Source: Candidatus Latescibacterota bacterium (GTDB lineage Bacteria > Latescibacterota > UBA2968 > GCA-2709665). From it: a stretch of 64,000 nt of DNA. Position numbers and translations under genes: made by a program. Location of the stretch: the NCBI GenBank assembly GCA_965219455.1, contig OZ244744.1, positions 1,696,001 through 1,760,000 of the forward strand, in the 5' to 3' direction. The notes beneath the pieces are model-generated. The model was not told the origin of the DNA. It searched no databases and worked only from the letters and a program-made list of their open reading frames with translations. The first letter of the stretch is position 1, and each line of letters starts with the position of its first letter. Below, piece after piece: positions 9,547-18,646 of this stretch.

Positions 9547-9861
9547 TCACAGTTTTTCGAGACGTTTCGCACGCTCGTCCAGCCATCGCTGAAAGGATCG
9601 CTGACTTTCACCGGATGGCCTGCCAAGAAGCAGCCCTTCCACACTAAGGTCCTCGTCCAAATCCGGCCAATGAAACCCTTCTCCGTTTCCTATTATTCTC
9701 CAGTTGTTTCGTTCTCTCGGCGTTCCGTGAACAAGCCGGGGATACCACGCCAATGGTATCGATATACTGCGCCCGTCGGCAAAATCGACAGTCAAAGTAT
9801 CGTCTGTCACAACAATATCCTCGGCTTTGGCAACTATGCGTTCAGTCTGTAAAGAATCCAT
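9547..9861 (-). CDS. DUF2442 family protein (putative antitoxin)
   Basis: DGRSISIPLAWYPRL...HWPDLDEDLSVEGLL; overlaps upstream DUF4160 gene. Confidence 0.88.
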   Translation of the reverse strand: MDSLQTERIVAKAEDIVVTDDTLTVDFADGRSISIPLAWYPRLVHGTPRERNNWRIIGNGEGFHWPDLDEDLSVEGLLLGRPSGESQRSFQRWLDERAKRLEKL

Positions 9862-10078
9862 CCCACCCTCGCAGCAAAAGTTTCTTGTTGTCTGTTACCG
9901 CTTTCCGAATCCTTTTGATGTCAGCGCGACTAAACCCTCCGCTGCCTTGAAGTCGAACGGGCTTAAGCCAACATTTGGCTATCTTATTTTCGCTCTCGAC
10001 ATGAATATGAGGAGGTTCATCACGATCGCTCGAATAGAAGAAAAGCCGGTACGGTCCAACCCGACATACAGTAGGCAT
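9842..10078 (-). CDS. DUF4160 family protein (putative toxin)
   Basis: MPTV..GPYRLFFYSSDRDEPPHIHV; canonical partner of DUF2442. Confidence 0.88.
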   Translation of the reverse strand: MPTVCRVGPYRLFFYSSDRDEPPHIHVESENKIAKCWLKPVRLQGSGGFSRADIKRIRKAVTDNKKLLLRGWDGFFTD

Positions 10079-10193
10079 GGTAAAACGGATATGGCACATT
10101 CAAACGTGGTTTGAAAATTAGGCCTGAATCTTAGACGCCTGGTCTTGTACGTCGGATTTGTACCTTTACAGATCCTGACCAGACTGACCTTAG

Positions 10194-10352
10194 CAGCCCG
10201 TTGAAAAAGTCCATTCGGGCTGCGTCCGGCCCTTGTGGCCGAATTACTGCGTTGCGCTCCCTCCCCGAATCCCCGATTCGACGCGGTCGCACGCCTTGTC
10301 TTCGGCCACAATGACTCGGCCTCGCCTGCAGAGCGACTTTTTCAACGGACTG
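10194..10352. mobile_element. MITE type 1 (159 bp)
   Basis: 18-bp TIRs CAGCCCGTTGAAAAAGTC / CAGTCCGTTGAAAAAGTC; TTAG on both flanks (10190-10193, 10353-10356); internal IR TTGTGGCCGAA/TTCGGCCACAA; no transposase. Confidence 0.85.
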
Positions 10353-10457
10353 TTAGATCAAGGGACTTTCGCAAGAGTGAGTGGTTGGAACGCGTTAAAA
10401 CCTGTACGGGAGCTCCCGGCTTTACCTTCGATAACGTAGAATAACCAGGAGAGTTTG

Positions 10458-11297
10458 TCAAGGGCAGTTGAGGAATTCGATCATTCCGCCCGGTTCATCC
10501 GCCTCGCCATGGAGCCAGCGAAGGCCGCCGGGCCAGCCCTGTTCGGCCATGGACAGAATAGCGTGATAGTAATCATTCAAACCGCTCACGGTGTAGTCGT
10601 ACGAATGGTAATCGCGAACGCTGTATTTGGCGATTCCGGCTGCGGTGAACTGGGAAGGTTGCGCATACCAGGCTTCGGGCCCATGGTGCCGGATGACCAG
10701 TTCGGCGTCGTTCATCAGATCCCACGTCGTTGCCGGCCGGCCATCGTCTCTCCGATAGGCGACTCCCGAACTCGTGTCGATGGTCCCCCATATTCCGCGT
10801 CGAAATACTTCGACGATGACGTGTCCGCTGTATGCTGCATTAAGGTTAAAGATATTCACGATGCGGGAGGGAAAGCCGGCAACCTGATACAGCGCGCACC
10901 CCACTCGCGCCACATCGGTGCACCAATCCGAACCCCTGGCGATGATCTCCTCTTCCGTTCCACCGAATTTCAGATCCACAAACGCGACACACGACGCCTC
11001 CTGGACCAGACTTCGAGTAAGTTCAACGATCCGGGCAACCTGTGGCTCAGGATCGCCGGCTGGCAATTCAGCCTCGGAGAGCATCGTCTCAAGAACCGGT
11101 CGGGATCCCGCCACGTAGCCTGTGGTCAGGTCCGAGCAATCGCCATAGAGATATGTAGCGGTTTCCCGGCAAAGCCTGACCATGCTCGACACGATCTCGC
11201 GTTCGACGCTTCCTGCGGCGTGCGGGTCGTTTTCGAGCATCACCCGGTATGCCCTGCCGAAGGCCTTGGGTCCCTTAAATGGATCGAGGTCGATCAA
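10458..11297 (-). CDS. Transglutaminase-like domain protein
   Basis: Cys-His-Asp pattern: WCTDVAR, SGHVIVEVF, WGTIDTS. Confidence 0.75.
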   Translation of the reverse strand: MIDLDPFKGPKAFGRAYRVMLENDPHAAGSVEREIVSSMVRLCRETATYLYGDCSDLTTGYVAGSRPVLETMLSEAELPAGDPEPQVARIVELTRSLVQEASCVAFVDLKFGGTEEEIIARGSDWCTDVARVGCALYQVAGFPSRIVNIFNLNAAYSGHVIVEVFRRGIWGTIDTSSGVAYRRDDGRPATTWDLMNDAELVIRHHGPEAWYAQPSQFTAAGIAKYSVRDYHSYDYTVSGLNDYYHAILSMAEQGWPGGLRWLHGEADEPGGMIEFLNCP

Positions 11298-11429
11298 TGA
11301 ACTGTACCATAATCCAGTTGCCGAAAAATCCCGGTCGCTACCGAGCCGGCTCCCAATTCCTGCGACCCTCCACGCGATGACCCGACGGCTTGCAGCGCGC
11401 CATTACGTTTAGGCGCTATCCTTTCCCGT

Positions 11430-12734
11430 TTAACCCGACCGGATCAATCTTGGCGCATTCATTCCTTGCCCGAAGGCAAAAAGCCTTGTCTCCCGAGTCG
11501 CGGGAGGAGACATGCTGTCGCCGTAGCTCCACATCACCTGCATGTCTTCGGGACCGGCCTGGTGATTGAATACGACTTTCACGTTATTGTGCGAAAAATC
11601 CGATCCCGCCGTAAGCGGCTCGCCGCGTTGCCAGGGCCCGGCGCCGTCTGTGGACCGCCAGACGTCGATCTCCCCACCGTCTTCCCGCGGCTGAGACGCC
11701 GTGGTCGGCGCGTAGACGGTCACCGACCCGTCTTCGATCACAATGCCGCCGTCGTCGTACATGTGATCTCCGACGGCGATATCGCTGAACCGCCACCCTT
11801 CGTAGGACAGGCGCGCGCATTTCCAATCGCTTACGTAGGTAAACGGATCCGCATCGATAAACAGGACAAAGGGCCGGCCGTCGGGACCCAATTGGATATC
11901 CTTCAGCCACACGCCCCGTTCGCCGCAGTCGTAAAGCTTCTCTGCTTGCGCCTCCGCTATCGGCAGGTCGTAGGGGGTCCCGTCACTTCGCCTCCAGGTC
12001 CTTCCGCCGTCATCGGAACAGGCATAATAGATGTGGTAGCGCCTCGCCCAGAGGTGCTTCGTCCGGATCTCCTCGCGGGTTCCGCCGCCGAGCCGCGACC
12101 AGGCAAGATGGATCTTGCGAGGGAAATCCTCGGTTTCGGCGATAGACACGGCGTAGACGTCGCTTCCTTCATATTCGACGATATCAACCGGCTCCTCCCA
12201 CGTTTCTCCCTGGTTCGTCGATACGCGCGATCGCCATCCGCTGGATCTCTCGCGGTAGGACACGAATATCTCGCCGGGAAGGAGTTGGAAGGGCTGGGGA
12301 TATGACGTGGTCGGATCGATGATCGTGGCGCACTCACGCCAGGCGTCAGTTGCGTAGGGCCTGTCCGAACGGAGAACCCGGGTGGGGTCGTTGTGTGCGC
12401 CGAAGAACACGTAGAGGAAGCCCGCGTCGTCCAGCGCCAGCGTGGGATTCCGGTGTGCGTCTCCGTCCGGGTTCGCGCCGAGAACAGTGGGCCTCGAGAA
12501 CGCGCGCGCGGCGTGATCGTAGCTGCCGATCGCGGGCGCATTCCGCTCGTTTCCAAAAACGAAATACGTGGTACCGGCTTCAGGCGAATACACCGCCATC
12601 GGCCGGTGCCACGCGGAGTAGGTCGCCATGGGACCCGAATATACAAAGTCATTACCTGGCAGCACATTTACGGTTCCGCAGCGGTACCACACACCGCGGT
12701 AGTCGCTATCCATTCGCTCCACGTCCACCCGCAC
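11430..12734 (-). CDS. BNR/Asp-box repeat beta-propeller protein (BNR_4-like)
   Basis: DAHRNPTLALDDAGFLYVFFGAH; Asp boxes STNQGETW, SDDGGRTW, STDGAGPW. Confidence 0.8.
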   Translation of the reverse strand: MRVDVERMDSDYRGVWYRCGTVNVLPGNDFVYSGPMATYSAWHRPMAVYSPEAGTTYFVFGNERNAPAIGSYDHAARAFSRPTVLGANPDGDAHRNPTLALDDAGFLYVFFGAHNDPTRVLRSDRPYATDAWRECATIIDPTTSYPQPFQLLPGEIFVSYRERSSGWRSRVSTNQGETWEEPVDIVEYEGSDVYAVSIAETEDFPRKIHLAWSRLGGGTREEIRTKHLWARRYHIYYACSDDGGRTWRRSDGTPYDLPIAEAQAEKLYDCGERGVWLKDIQLGPDGRPFVLFIDADPFTYVSDWKCARLSYEGWRFSDIAVGDHMYDDGGIVIEDGSVTVYAPTTASQPREDGGEIDVWRSTDGAGPWQRGEPLTAGSDFSHNNVKVVFNHQAGPEDMQVMWSYGDSMSPPATRETRLFAFGQGMNAPRLIRSG

Positions 12735-12934
12735 ATCCTCTCAATTGCGGTTATCGACGATCTGGCCCATCGGAACGCCGGACGTACGCAGCCCAGTGTT
12801 GGCCTTTCCTGCCCTTGTGCTTCGTCGTTGGCGAGCGTTGCCGGCCGGGTTATATTGCATGAGTCAATAGCTGTGCTTCCGGCCGTCAGTTCCACCCCGC
12901 TGGCGCCGGCCTTCAGGTCCGCTACGCCTACGTT

Positions 12935-13198
12935 ATGACCGATACCCAACTCCTCCAGGAATTCGAAGCCCTCGCCGAACGTCTGGACATCCCCGTCACC
13001 TACGCAAATCTCGAAGGCGGCGAAGGCGGCCTGTGCGTGGTACGGGGCAAGCACCGTATTATTCTGAACCGCAGCCCGGACGTCCGTACCCACATTGAGA
13101 TCTTCGCCCGGGATTTCGCACGGCTTTCCCTGGACGACGTCTACATCCGGCCCCTTGTTCGCGAACGCATCGACGCGGTCAGATCCACGCAGGAATAA
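12935..13198 (+). CDS. Small conserved hypothetical protein
   Basis: 87 aa; LAERLDIPV...GGLCVVRG...IILN...LDDVYIRPLVRE, resembles N-terminal part of ImmA/IrrE-like proteins but lacks HExxH. Confidence 0.7.
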   Translation: MTDTQLLQEFEALAERLDIPVTYANLEGGEGGLCVVRGKHRIILNRSPDVRTHIEIFARDFARLSLDDVYIRPLVRERIDAVRSTQE

Positions 13199-13224
13199 TC
13201 ACCCGGCGCTACCTCGCCAGCCGC

Positions 13225-14196
13225 TCATACGTACCGTATATTCTTTCCGAGCATGGCCACCGCCTCACCGGTAGCGACCATCGGCCGCAACGGCCGCGCC
13301 CAGAAAATGGACTCCTGGGGGGCATAAACCGTTTCGAGCACCGTGCCGAACGGATCGGTCACGTCGGCCACGGGGTCGCCCTTTTGCAGATGATCGTATA
13401 GCGCGGCCCGATACTCCACGAAACCGCCCCGGCCGGCGAGGAGCGACAGAAAGCCGTCCACCACAGTCTGACGCCGGGGCGTTTGCGCCCGGCCCTCGAT
13501 AAACCCGAGGTGCTTGAAGAGATTTTCCACGCCCGCCACGCCCTTCCGTATACTGCCTTCATCCCATCCGTGGCAACCTCCCAGTTCCGGATCGATGGTG
13601 GGAATTCCTTCATCGGGCGCCGCGCGCGCCAGTTGTCCGTCCGGACCCCGGCAGTCCAGAATGTACCCGATGTCAAACACGCGGGCCATTTCCATACAAG
13701 CCCGGTGAATGCGTTTTCCCCGGTCCACCCGCACCCGGACCTCGTCGATCATGGGCCGAACGCCGCCCTGATGCAGATCGATACAATAGTCCGACTGTTT
13801 CACCGCGCGATGGAAGAGTCGATACGCCACCCGCTCGCTCGACGTGCCTTCCTTGCGACCCGGAAAGCACCGGTTCATCTTCTTTCCGTCCACGGGATTC
13901 AGAGACTCGCCCGCGTGAAAGGCATGAAAGTTCACAATCAGGGTTGCAATCACCCTGCCCCTGAGGACCGCCGGATCCAGCCGCTTCAGCACCCGCCTGA
14001 TCACGGCGATGCCATTCAGTTCGTCTCCGTCGCTGGTCGCCTGTAGATACAGCGTACGCCCGGGCTCCACCCCGTTCACCAGCACAACGGGAAGGCGCAC
14101 GGGAGAGTTATCCTGCATCTCTCCTGCCGTCAGATACCCGTCCTGCCGCTTTCCCGGTTCGGCCTCGAGGTGCTCCACCCTGAGAATATCGCCCAT
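13225..14196 (-). CDS. Succinylglutamate desuccinylase/aspartoacylase family (M14) protein
   Basis: SDGDELNG, MNRCFPG, IDLHQG, PELGG, C-terminal biotinyl-like domain. Confidence 0.85.
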   Translation of the reverse strand: MGDILRVEHLEAEPGKRQDGYLTAGEMQDNSPVRLPVVLVNGVEPGRTLYLQATSDGDELNGIAVIRRVLKRLDPAVLRGRVIATLIVNFHAFHAGESLNPVDGKKMNRCFPGRKEGTSSERVAYRLFHRAVKQSDYCIDLHQGGVRPMIDEVRVRVDRGKRIHRACMEMARVFDIGYILDCRGPDGQLARAAPDEGIPTIDPELGGCHGWDEGSIRKGVAGVENLFKHLGFIEGRAQTPRRQTVVDGFLSLLAGRGGFVEYRAALYDHLQKGDPVADVTDPFGTVLETVYAPQESIFWARPLRPMVATGEAVAMLGKNIRYV

Positions 14197-14329
14197 TCGG
14201 ACCTCAACGCTGATAACCGAATTTCCTGATTCGCGCGTGCGGCGCGACCCCCGCAACCGGCGGCTTCTCCCAAATCACACAAACATCCGCGTTCCTTCAA
14301 CCCTGCCTCCTCGACCGTCCTCCGGCCCA

Positions 14330-14392
14330 CCAGTGTCCCGTCCCGGACAATTTATCGCCATTCGGCAATCTGTTTCCGGGACAGAACACAAG
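14330..14392. mobile_element. Internally deleted derivative of MITE type 2
   Basis: CCAG-TGTCCCGTCCCGGA...TTTCCGGGACAGAACA-CAAG; both ends match the TIRs of 24931-25091. Confidence 0.65.
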
Positions 14393-14481
14393 CTGAACCA
14401 ATAATAAACATGCACGGTACCATCCACTTTTGTCAACAGAAAAGGGGCCATACGCGACCGCTTCGGATGGAACGATTTTTG

Positions 14482-14509
14482 TTTACATATTATTTATATT
14501 CTATATACT
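14482..14509 (+). promoter_or_regulatory. Sigma70-like promoter, probably leaderless, for TA operon
   Basis: TTTACA-N16-TATACT; ATG 7 nt downstream at 14517; no SD. Confidence 0.5.
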
Positions 14510-14516
14510 ATATAAT

Positions 14517-14777
14517 ATGTGGACCGTTCTTGAACATCGACGGGTGGGAAAGCAGGCCGATTCCATTCCCAGGGAAAATCTCGTGCGTTACGAGACGTGG
14601 AAAGACATCGTAACTCTCTCCGGTCTCGAAGGCCTCAGGTACATCGTTGGGTTTTGTGACGAGGCGCGGCCGGGGAAGAAGAAGGGACGCCGGCAGTCCC
14701 GGCTGGGCGCCGGGTGTCGCGTCATCTACAGAGTCAAAAACCGGGAAATCCGCGTGAGGGCCATTCGCGGCAAATGA
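14517..14777 (+). CDS. RelE/YoeB-like mRNA interferase toxin, possibly degenerate
   Basis: MWTVLEH...YETWKDIV..SG.EGLR...GFCDEA..G...GRRQSRL...RVIYRV; ATGA overlap with downstream HTH gene. Confidence 0.65.
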   Translation: MWTVLEHRRVGKQADSIPRENLVRYETWKDIVTLSGLEGLRYIVGFCDEARPGKKKGRRQSRLGAGCRVIYRVKNREIRVRAIRGK

Positions 14778-15055
14778 TCGCGGGAAGCAGCGAGATGGGA
14801 ACTCAGCACAAGGCGCCGAAGCATATGGCGGTATCCGTCGGCGAGTCCGTCCGTACGATCCGCGAGCTACAGAAGCTCAGCCAGAATGAACTCGCCAGGC
14901 GCACCGGCATTCCCCAGCCCACCATATCGGCCATTGAAAACGGCCGCATACGGCTTGGCGTGGAGCGCGCGAAGGTGCTGGCGAGAGCATTAATGTGCCA
15001 TCCGGCTATCCTGGTCTTCCCCGGCTGGGAAATTAAACGGTCCGGCGGCGCCTGA
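14774..15055 (+). CDS. Xre/HigA-type HTH antitoxin
   Basis: GESVRTIRELQKLSQNELARRTGIPQPTISAIENG...VERAKVLARAL; start could also be 14795. Confidence 0.85.
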   Translation: MIAGSSEMGTQHKAPKHMAVSVGESVRTIRELQKLSQNELARRTGIPQPTISAIENGRIRLGVERAKVLARALMCHPAILVFPGWEIKRSGGA

Positions 15056-15250
15056 GCCCCGAGTCTAAACTGTCGCCAAGGCTCCCCGGGCCTCACAGAC
15101 AGTTTTTTCTGACGTTCCAGTATCTTCCGAAATCCTACCTTTCGAACAGAATTGCTATCTCCACTCACCTTGGGATTCAGACATACGACACGGTAACGTC
15201 TGAACCCCATCACGTAGTGTCCATCATCGTCTTTCCGATGGAGGTCTGCC

Positions 15251-17023
15251 ATGAAGCGGATCATTGTAAAGGTCTTCGCCATTATTGGCGGCGTTGCCAC
15301 CCTGGTCGTCATCGTACTCGCGGCAATCGCCATCGCGTTGGTGTACAAAGGTGAAGAGGAGGTACCGCGACTCACGATCCTGGAAGTAAACCTAGAACGG
15401 AACCTCCCCGAGTACGTACCGGGCAATCCGATTGCTGAAGTCCTGTTTCCCGATGCGATCACCGTCCGAGACCTGGTTGAAGCACTCCACCGGGCCGCGT
15501 CAGACGAGCGCGTCGTGGCGCTCCTGGCGAGGGTGGGCAACAGCGGTATGGGTCTCGCCCGGCTGCAGGAATTGCGAGACGCGGTACAGGTCTTCAGCGA
15601 AAGCGGCAAACCTGCGGTCGCCTACGCAGAGACATTCGGCGAACTCGGCCCGGGCAACGGTTCTTACTATCTCGCGTCGGCGTTCGACGAGATCTATCTC
15701 CAGCCTTCCGGAGACGTGGGTCTCACAGGTCTGATCGCCGAGACCCCATTCATTCGCGGGACACTGGAAAAACTGGGCATCATCCCCCGTATGGATCATC
15801 GGGAAGAGTACAAGAACGCGAAGAATTTCTACACCGAACGCCAGTACACACCCGCTCACAAGGAAGCCACGCAGACGGTGATGGAATCTCAATTCGATCA
15901 ACTGGTCCGGGGAATCGCCGGGAAGCGCGGCCTTTCACCTGATGGGGTCCGCAACCTGTTCGACCAGGGACCGTTCCTCTCGAAAGAAGCGCTGGAGGCG
16001 GGGCTGGTCGACGGCCTGGCGTATCGAGACGAAGTGTACGAACGCATAAGGGAACAGGTGGACGCGGGGGCGACGTATCTGACCCTGAGCAAATACCTGA
16101 AACGGATTGAACCGCACGACGAACAGGGAAAAACCATCGCCCTGATCTACGGGGTCGGCGACGTGACGCGCGGCAAGAGCGATTTTGATCCCACCTCGGG
16201 CGCGACCACGATGGGATCGGATACGATTGCCAGGGCATTTCGGAATGCGGTTCGCAACGACCACGTCGAAGCGATCCTCTTCCGCGTCGACAGCCCGGGC
16301 GGCTCCTATGTGGCCTCGGACGTCATCTGGCGCGAAACCGTCCGGGCCCGTGAAGCGGGCAAACCGGTGGTGGTATCCATGGGCGACGTGGCAGGCTCCG
16401 GCGGATACTTCGTCGCCATGGCCGCAGATCGGATTGTGGCGCAGCCGGGCACGATCACCGGCTCCATTGGCGTCGTGGCGGGCAAGATGCTGACCTCCGG
16501 GATGTGGGAGAAAACCGGAATCTCGTGGGATGAGGTCCACACGAGCGCCCATTCCACCATGTGGACCGGCACCAGAGACTTCTCAGAGGAAGAATGGACA
16601 GAGTTTCAGGCCTGGCTGGATACAGTGTACGAGGATTTCACCGACAAGGTCGCCGAGGGGCGCTCGTTGCCGATAGAACGTGTGCTTGACATCGCCCGGG
16701 GGCGCATCTGGACCGGAGAGGACGCCAGGGAGTTGGGACTGGTTGATGAACTGGGTGGCTACCAAACGGCGTTAAAACTCATTCGCGAAGCGGCGCAGCT
16801 GTCACCCGATGCCGAACTCCGGCTCCAGGTCTTTCCCAGGGCGAAATCCCCGTGGGAATATCTCCTGGAACACGGTATCATCCGCAGCAGTGAACCCGCC
16901 ATCGCTTCTGCATTCGGACAAACGATGGGTAAACTGCAACCGATCGTCACGCTCGCCCGCCGACTCGCTCTGATCCCGCCGCCCGGCGTGTTGACGATGC
17001 CGCAAATCGCACCTTTCAGGTAG
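15251..17023 (+). CDS. sppA: Signal peptide peptidase SppA (protease IV, 67 kDa type)
   Basis: N-terminal TM; YYLASAFDEIYLQPSG, EYKNA Lys, RVDSPGGS, SMGDVAGSGGY Ser, TITGSIGV. Confidence 0.93.
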   Translation: MKRIIVKVFAIIGGVATLVVIVLAAIAIALVYKGEEEVPRLTILEVNLERNLPEYVPGNPIAEVLFPDAITVRDLVEALHRAASDERVVALLARVGNSGMGLARLQELRDAVQVFSESGKPAVAYAETFGELGPGNGSYYLASAFDEIYLQPSGDVGLTGLIAETPFIRGTLEKLGIIPRMDHREEYKNAKNFYTERQYTPAHKEATQTVMESQFDQLVRGIAGKRGLSPDGVRNLFDQGPFLSKEALEAGLVDGLAYRDEVYERIREQVDAGATYLTLSKYLKRIEPHDEQGKTIALIYGVGDVTRGKSDFDPTSGATTMGSDTIARAFRNAVRNDHVEAILFRVDSPGGSYVASDVIWRETVRAREAGKPVVVSMGDVAGSGGYFVAMAADRIVAQPGTITGSIGVVAGKMLTSGMWEKTGISWDEVHTSAHSTMWTGTRDFSEEEWTEFQAWLDTVYEDFTDKVAEGRSLPIERVLDIARGRIWTGEDARELGLVDELGGYQTALKLIREAAQLSPDAELRLQVFPRAKSPWEYLLEHGIIRSSEPAIASAFGQTMGKLQPIVTLARRLALIPPPGVLTMPQIAPFR

Positions 17024-17122
17024 TAATTTGCGCCGAGCGGCGAACTTTGGTCCCATTCGGTCGCTTCGAAAGGATCTCGCCGGAGGGGGAAAAAACAAAT
17101 GGGTAACGGCGGATGATGGGTC

Positions 17123-17758
17123 GTGCTCCTGGCCCATACCGTCTCCCGGGCCGTGGCCGATTACCGGGCAACCCGCCTGTTCGGCGTGCCGACCATGTTA
17201 ATCGCGCTGCTGAACAACCACGAGGTGCGCGGCGCCGATTACGGATCCCTGCGCGCATGCCGCACCAACGCCGCACCCCTGCCCGTGCGCGTTAAAACCG
17301 CGTTCGACGATCTCGTAGGCCGCGAAGTACTCATTGAAGGGTACGGGCTCACCGAAACCAGCCCCCTCACCCACGCCAACCCCCCGCACCGCGCGAAACC
17401 CGGTTCCATCGGCATCCCACTGCCGGACACACAGGCCAGGGTGATCCACCTGAAAACCGGCGCAGACCTTCCAGCGGACGAAGCCGGAGAACTGGTCATC
17501 CGCGGGCCCCAGGTGATGAAGGCTTACCGGAACCGCCCGGATGAGACGGCCCGGGCGATGGACGGCGGCTGGTTGCACACCGGCGACGTCGCTCGTATGG
17601 ACAACGAGGGCTATTTCGCCATTGTGGACCGGCTCAAGGACCAGATCAACACTGCGGGTTTCAAAATCTGGCCCCGCGCGGTGGAATTCCGGGATGATTT
17701 GCCCATAACGGCCACGGGCAAGGTTCTTCGACGGCTCCTGCGCGACGAATCGAAATGA
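17123..17758 (+). pseudogene. Long-chain fatty-acid-CoA ligase fragment (N-terminus missing, internal deletion)
   Basis: EGYGLTETSP, GELVIRGPQVM, WLHTGD, DRLKD; GFKIWPR is joined directly to AVEFRDDLP..TGKV. Confidence 0.8.
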
Positions 17759-17839
17759 CAAACGTTATAATATCCCGGGCCGCGTTGACTCAGGTTAGAA
17801 GATATGGGCTTTTCCGGTTTGATTAATGCCCAATCCAAA

Positions 17840-18646
17840 TCAAAACTTAACTTGCAGATCCATCAGAATGCTCGCCTCAACTTCCTCCAGCGTGCGCGTC
17901 TTTCCCCGCCATTTCAACTTGCCGTCAACAATGTTTCGCTTCGCGTCTTCGACCCCTGCAACCTCGTAGTAATCGCCCCCGGTATTCGTCACATAAAAGA
18001 AGCCGATACAATCTGGCGTGGAATTCCTCACGACCTGGTCGTGCCCTTGGAATGGCGTGGCCGACAACTGTAGCAGAGCTTCTTCTCCCACTTGAAAATA
18101 GGGTTCACCGGAAGAAAGAAGAAAAGTTCTATCAGTAATCTTCCTACCCCTAGTTAGTTTTACCTGGATCGTGTCGAGGCCCGTACCTTTCAGATATTTA
18201 ACAACCTGTATATCCACCTGAGTCCCATAGACGCAGGTCTCCTCTTCCTTCGAGACCGACAGCACCGTGCCAATCAAAACATTATCGGTCATCATCAGGT
18301 TCCACTGATAACGTCTCTCGGGATCCTCCCGAAACCGAATCCTCATTGCCGACGCCGTCCAGAAGAACCGTTCCACGGCGATTTCTCTTGGGCCTATCTG
18401 TATCCTCTTGCCAACGGGATTATGCCCCCTTTTCGGCAGGCTTTTGCGGATATGGTCATCCCCCAGAAAGGGGCTAAGGCTTCGTCCCTCGACTATGGCC
18501 TTGGCTTCCATCTCCCTGATCCACGACATCGCAGCCGAATCTTCCAGAGCTTTCTGAACCTGACACGAAACGCCAACAGGCACGACCACAATCCAAATCG
18601 CTAGAACCGTCAAAAGCAGCCGCTTTATCGTGCGTGTCAGGCACAT
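17840..18646 (-). CDS. Hypothetical exported protein
   Basis: 268-aa ORF with N-terminal hydrophobic signal segment; lower GC than neighbours. Confidence 0.6.
   Translation of the reverse strand: MCLTRTIKRLLLTVLAIWIVVVPVGVSCQVQKALEDSAAMSWIREMEAKAIVEGRSLSPFLGDDHIRKSLPKRGHNPVGKRIQIGPREIAVERFFWTASAMRIRFREDPERRYQWNLMMTDNVLIGTVLSVSKEEETCVYGTQVDIQVVKYLKGTGLDTIQVKLTRGRKITDRTFLLSSGEPYFQVGEEALLQLSATPFQGHDQVVRNSTPDCIGFFYVTNTGGDYYEVAGVEDAKRNIVDGKLKWRGKTRTLEEVEASILMDLQVKF

Noticed and set aside
11300-11420. Integron attC-like site among the co-oriented small genes at 7.7-12.7 kb
   Set aside because: No matching RYYYAAC/GTTRRRY pair with the required inner boxes, and no intI in the window
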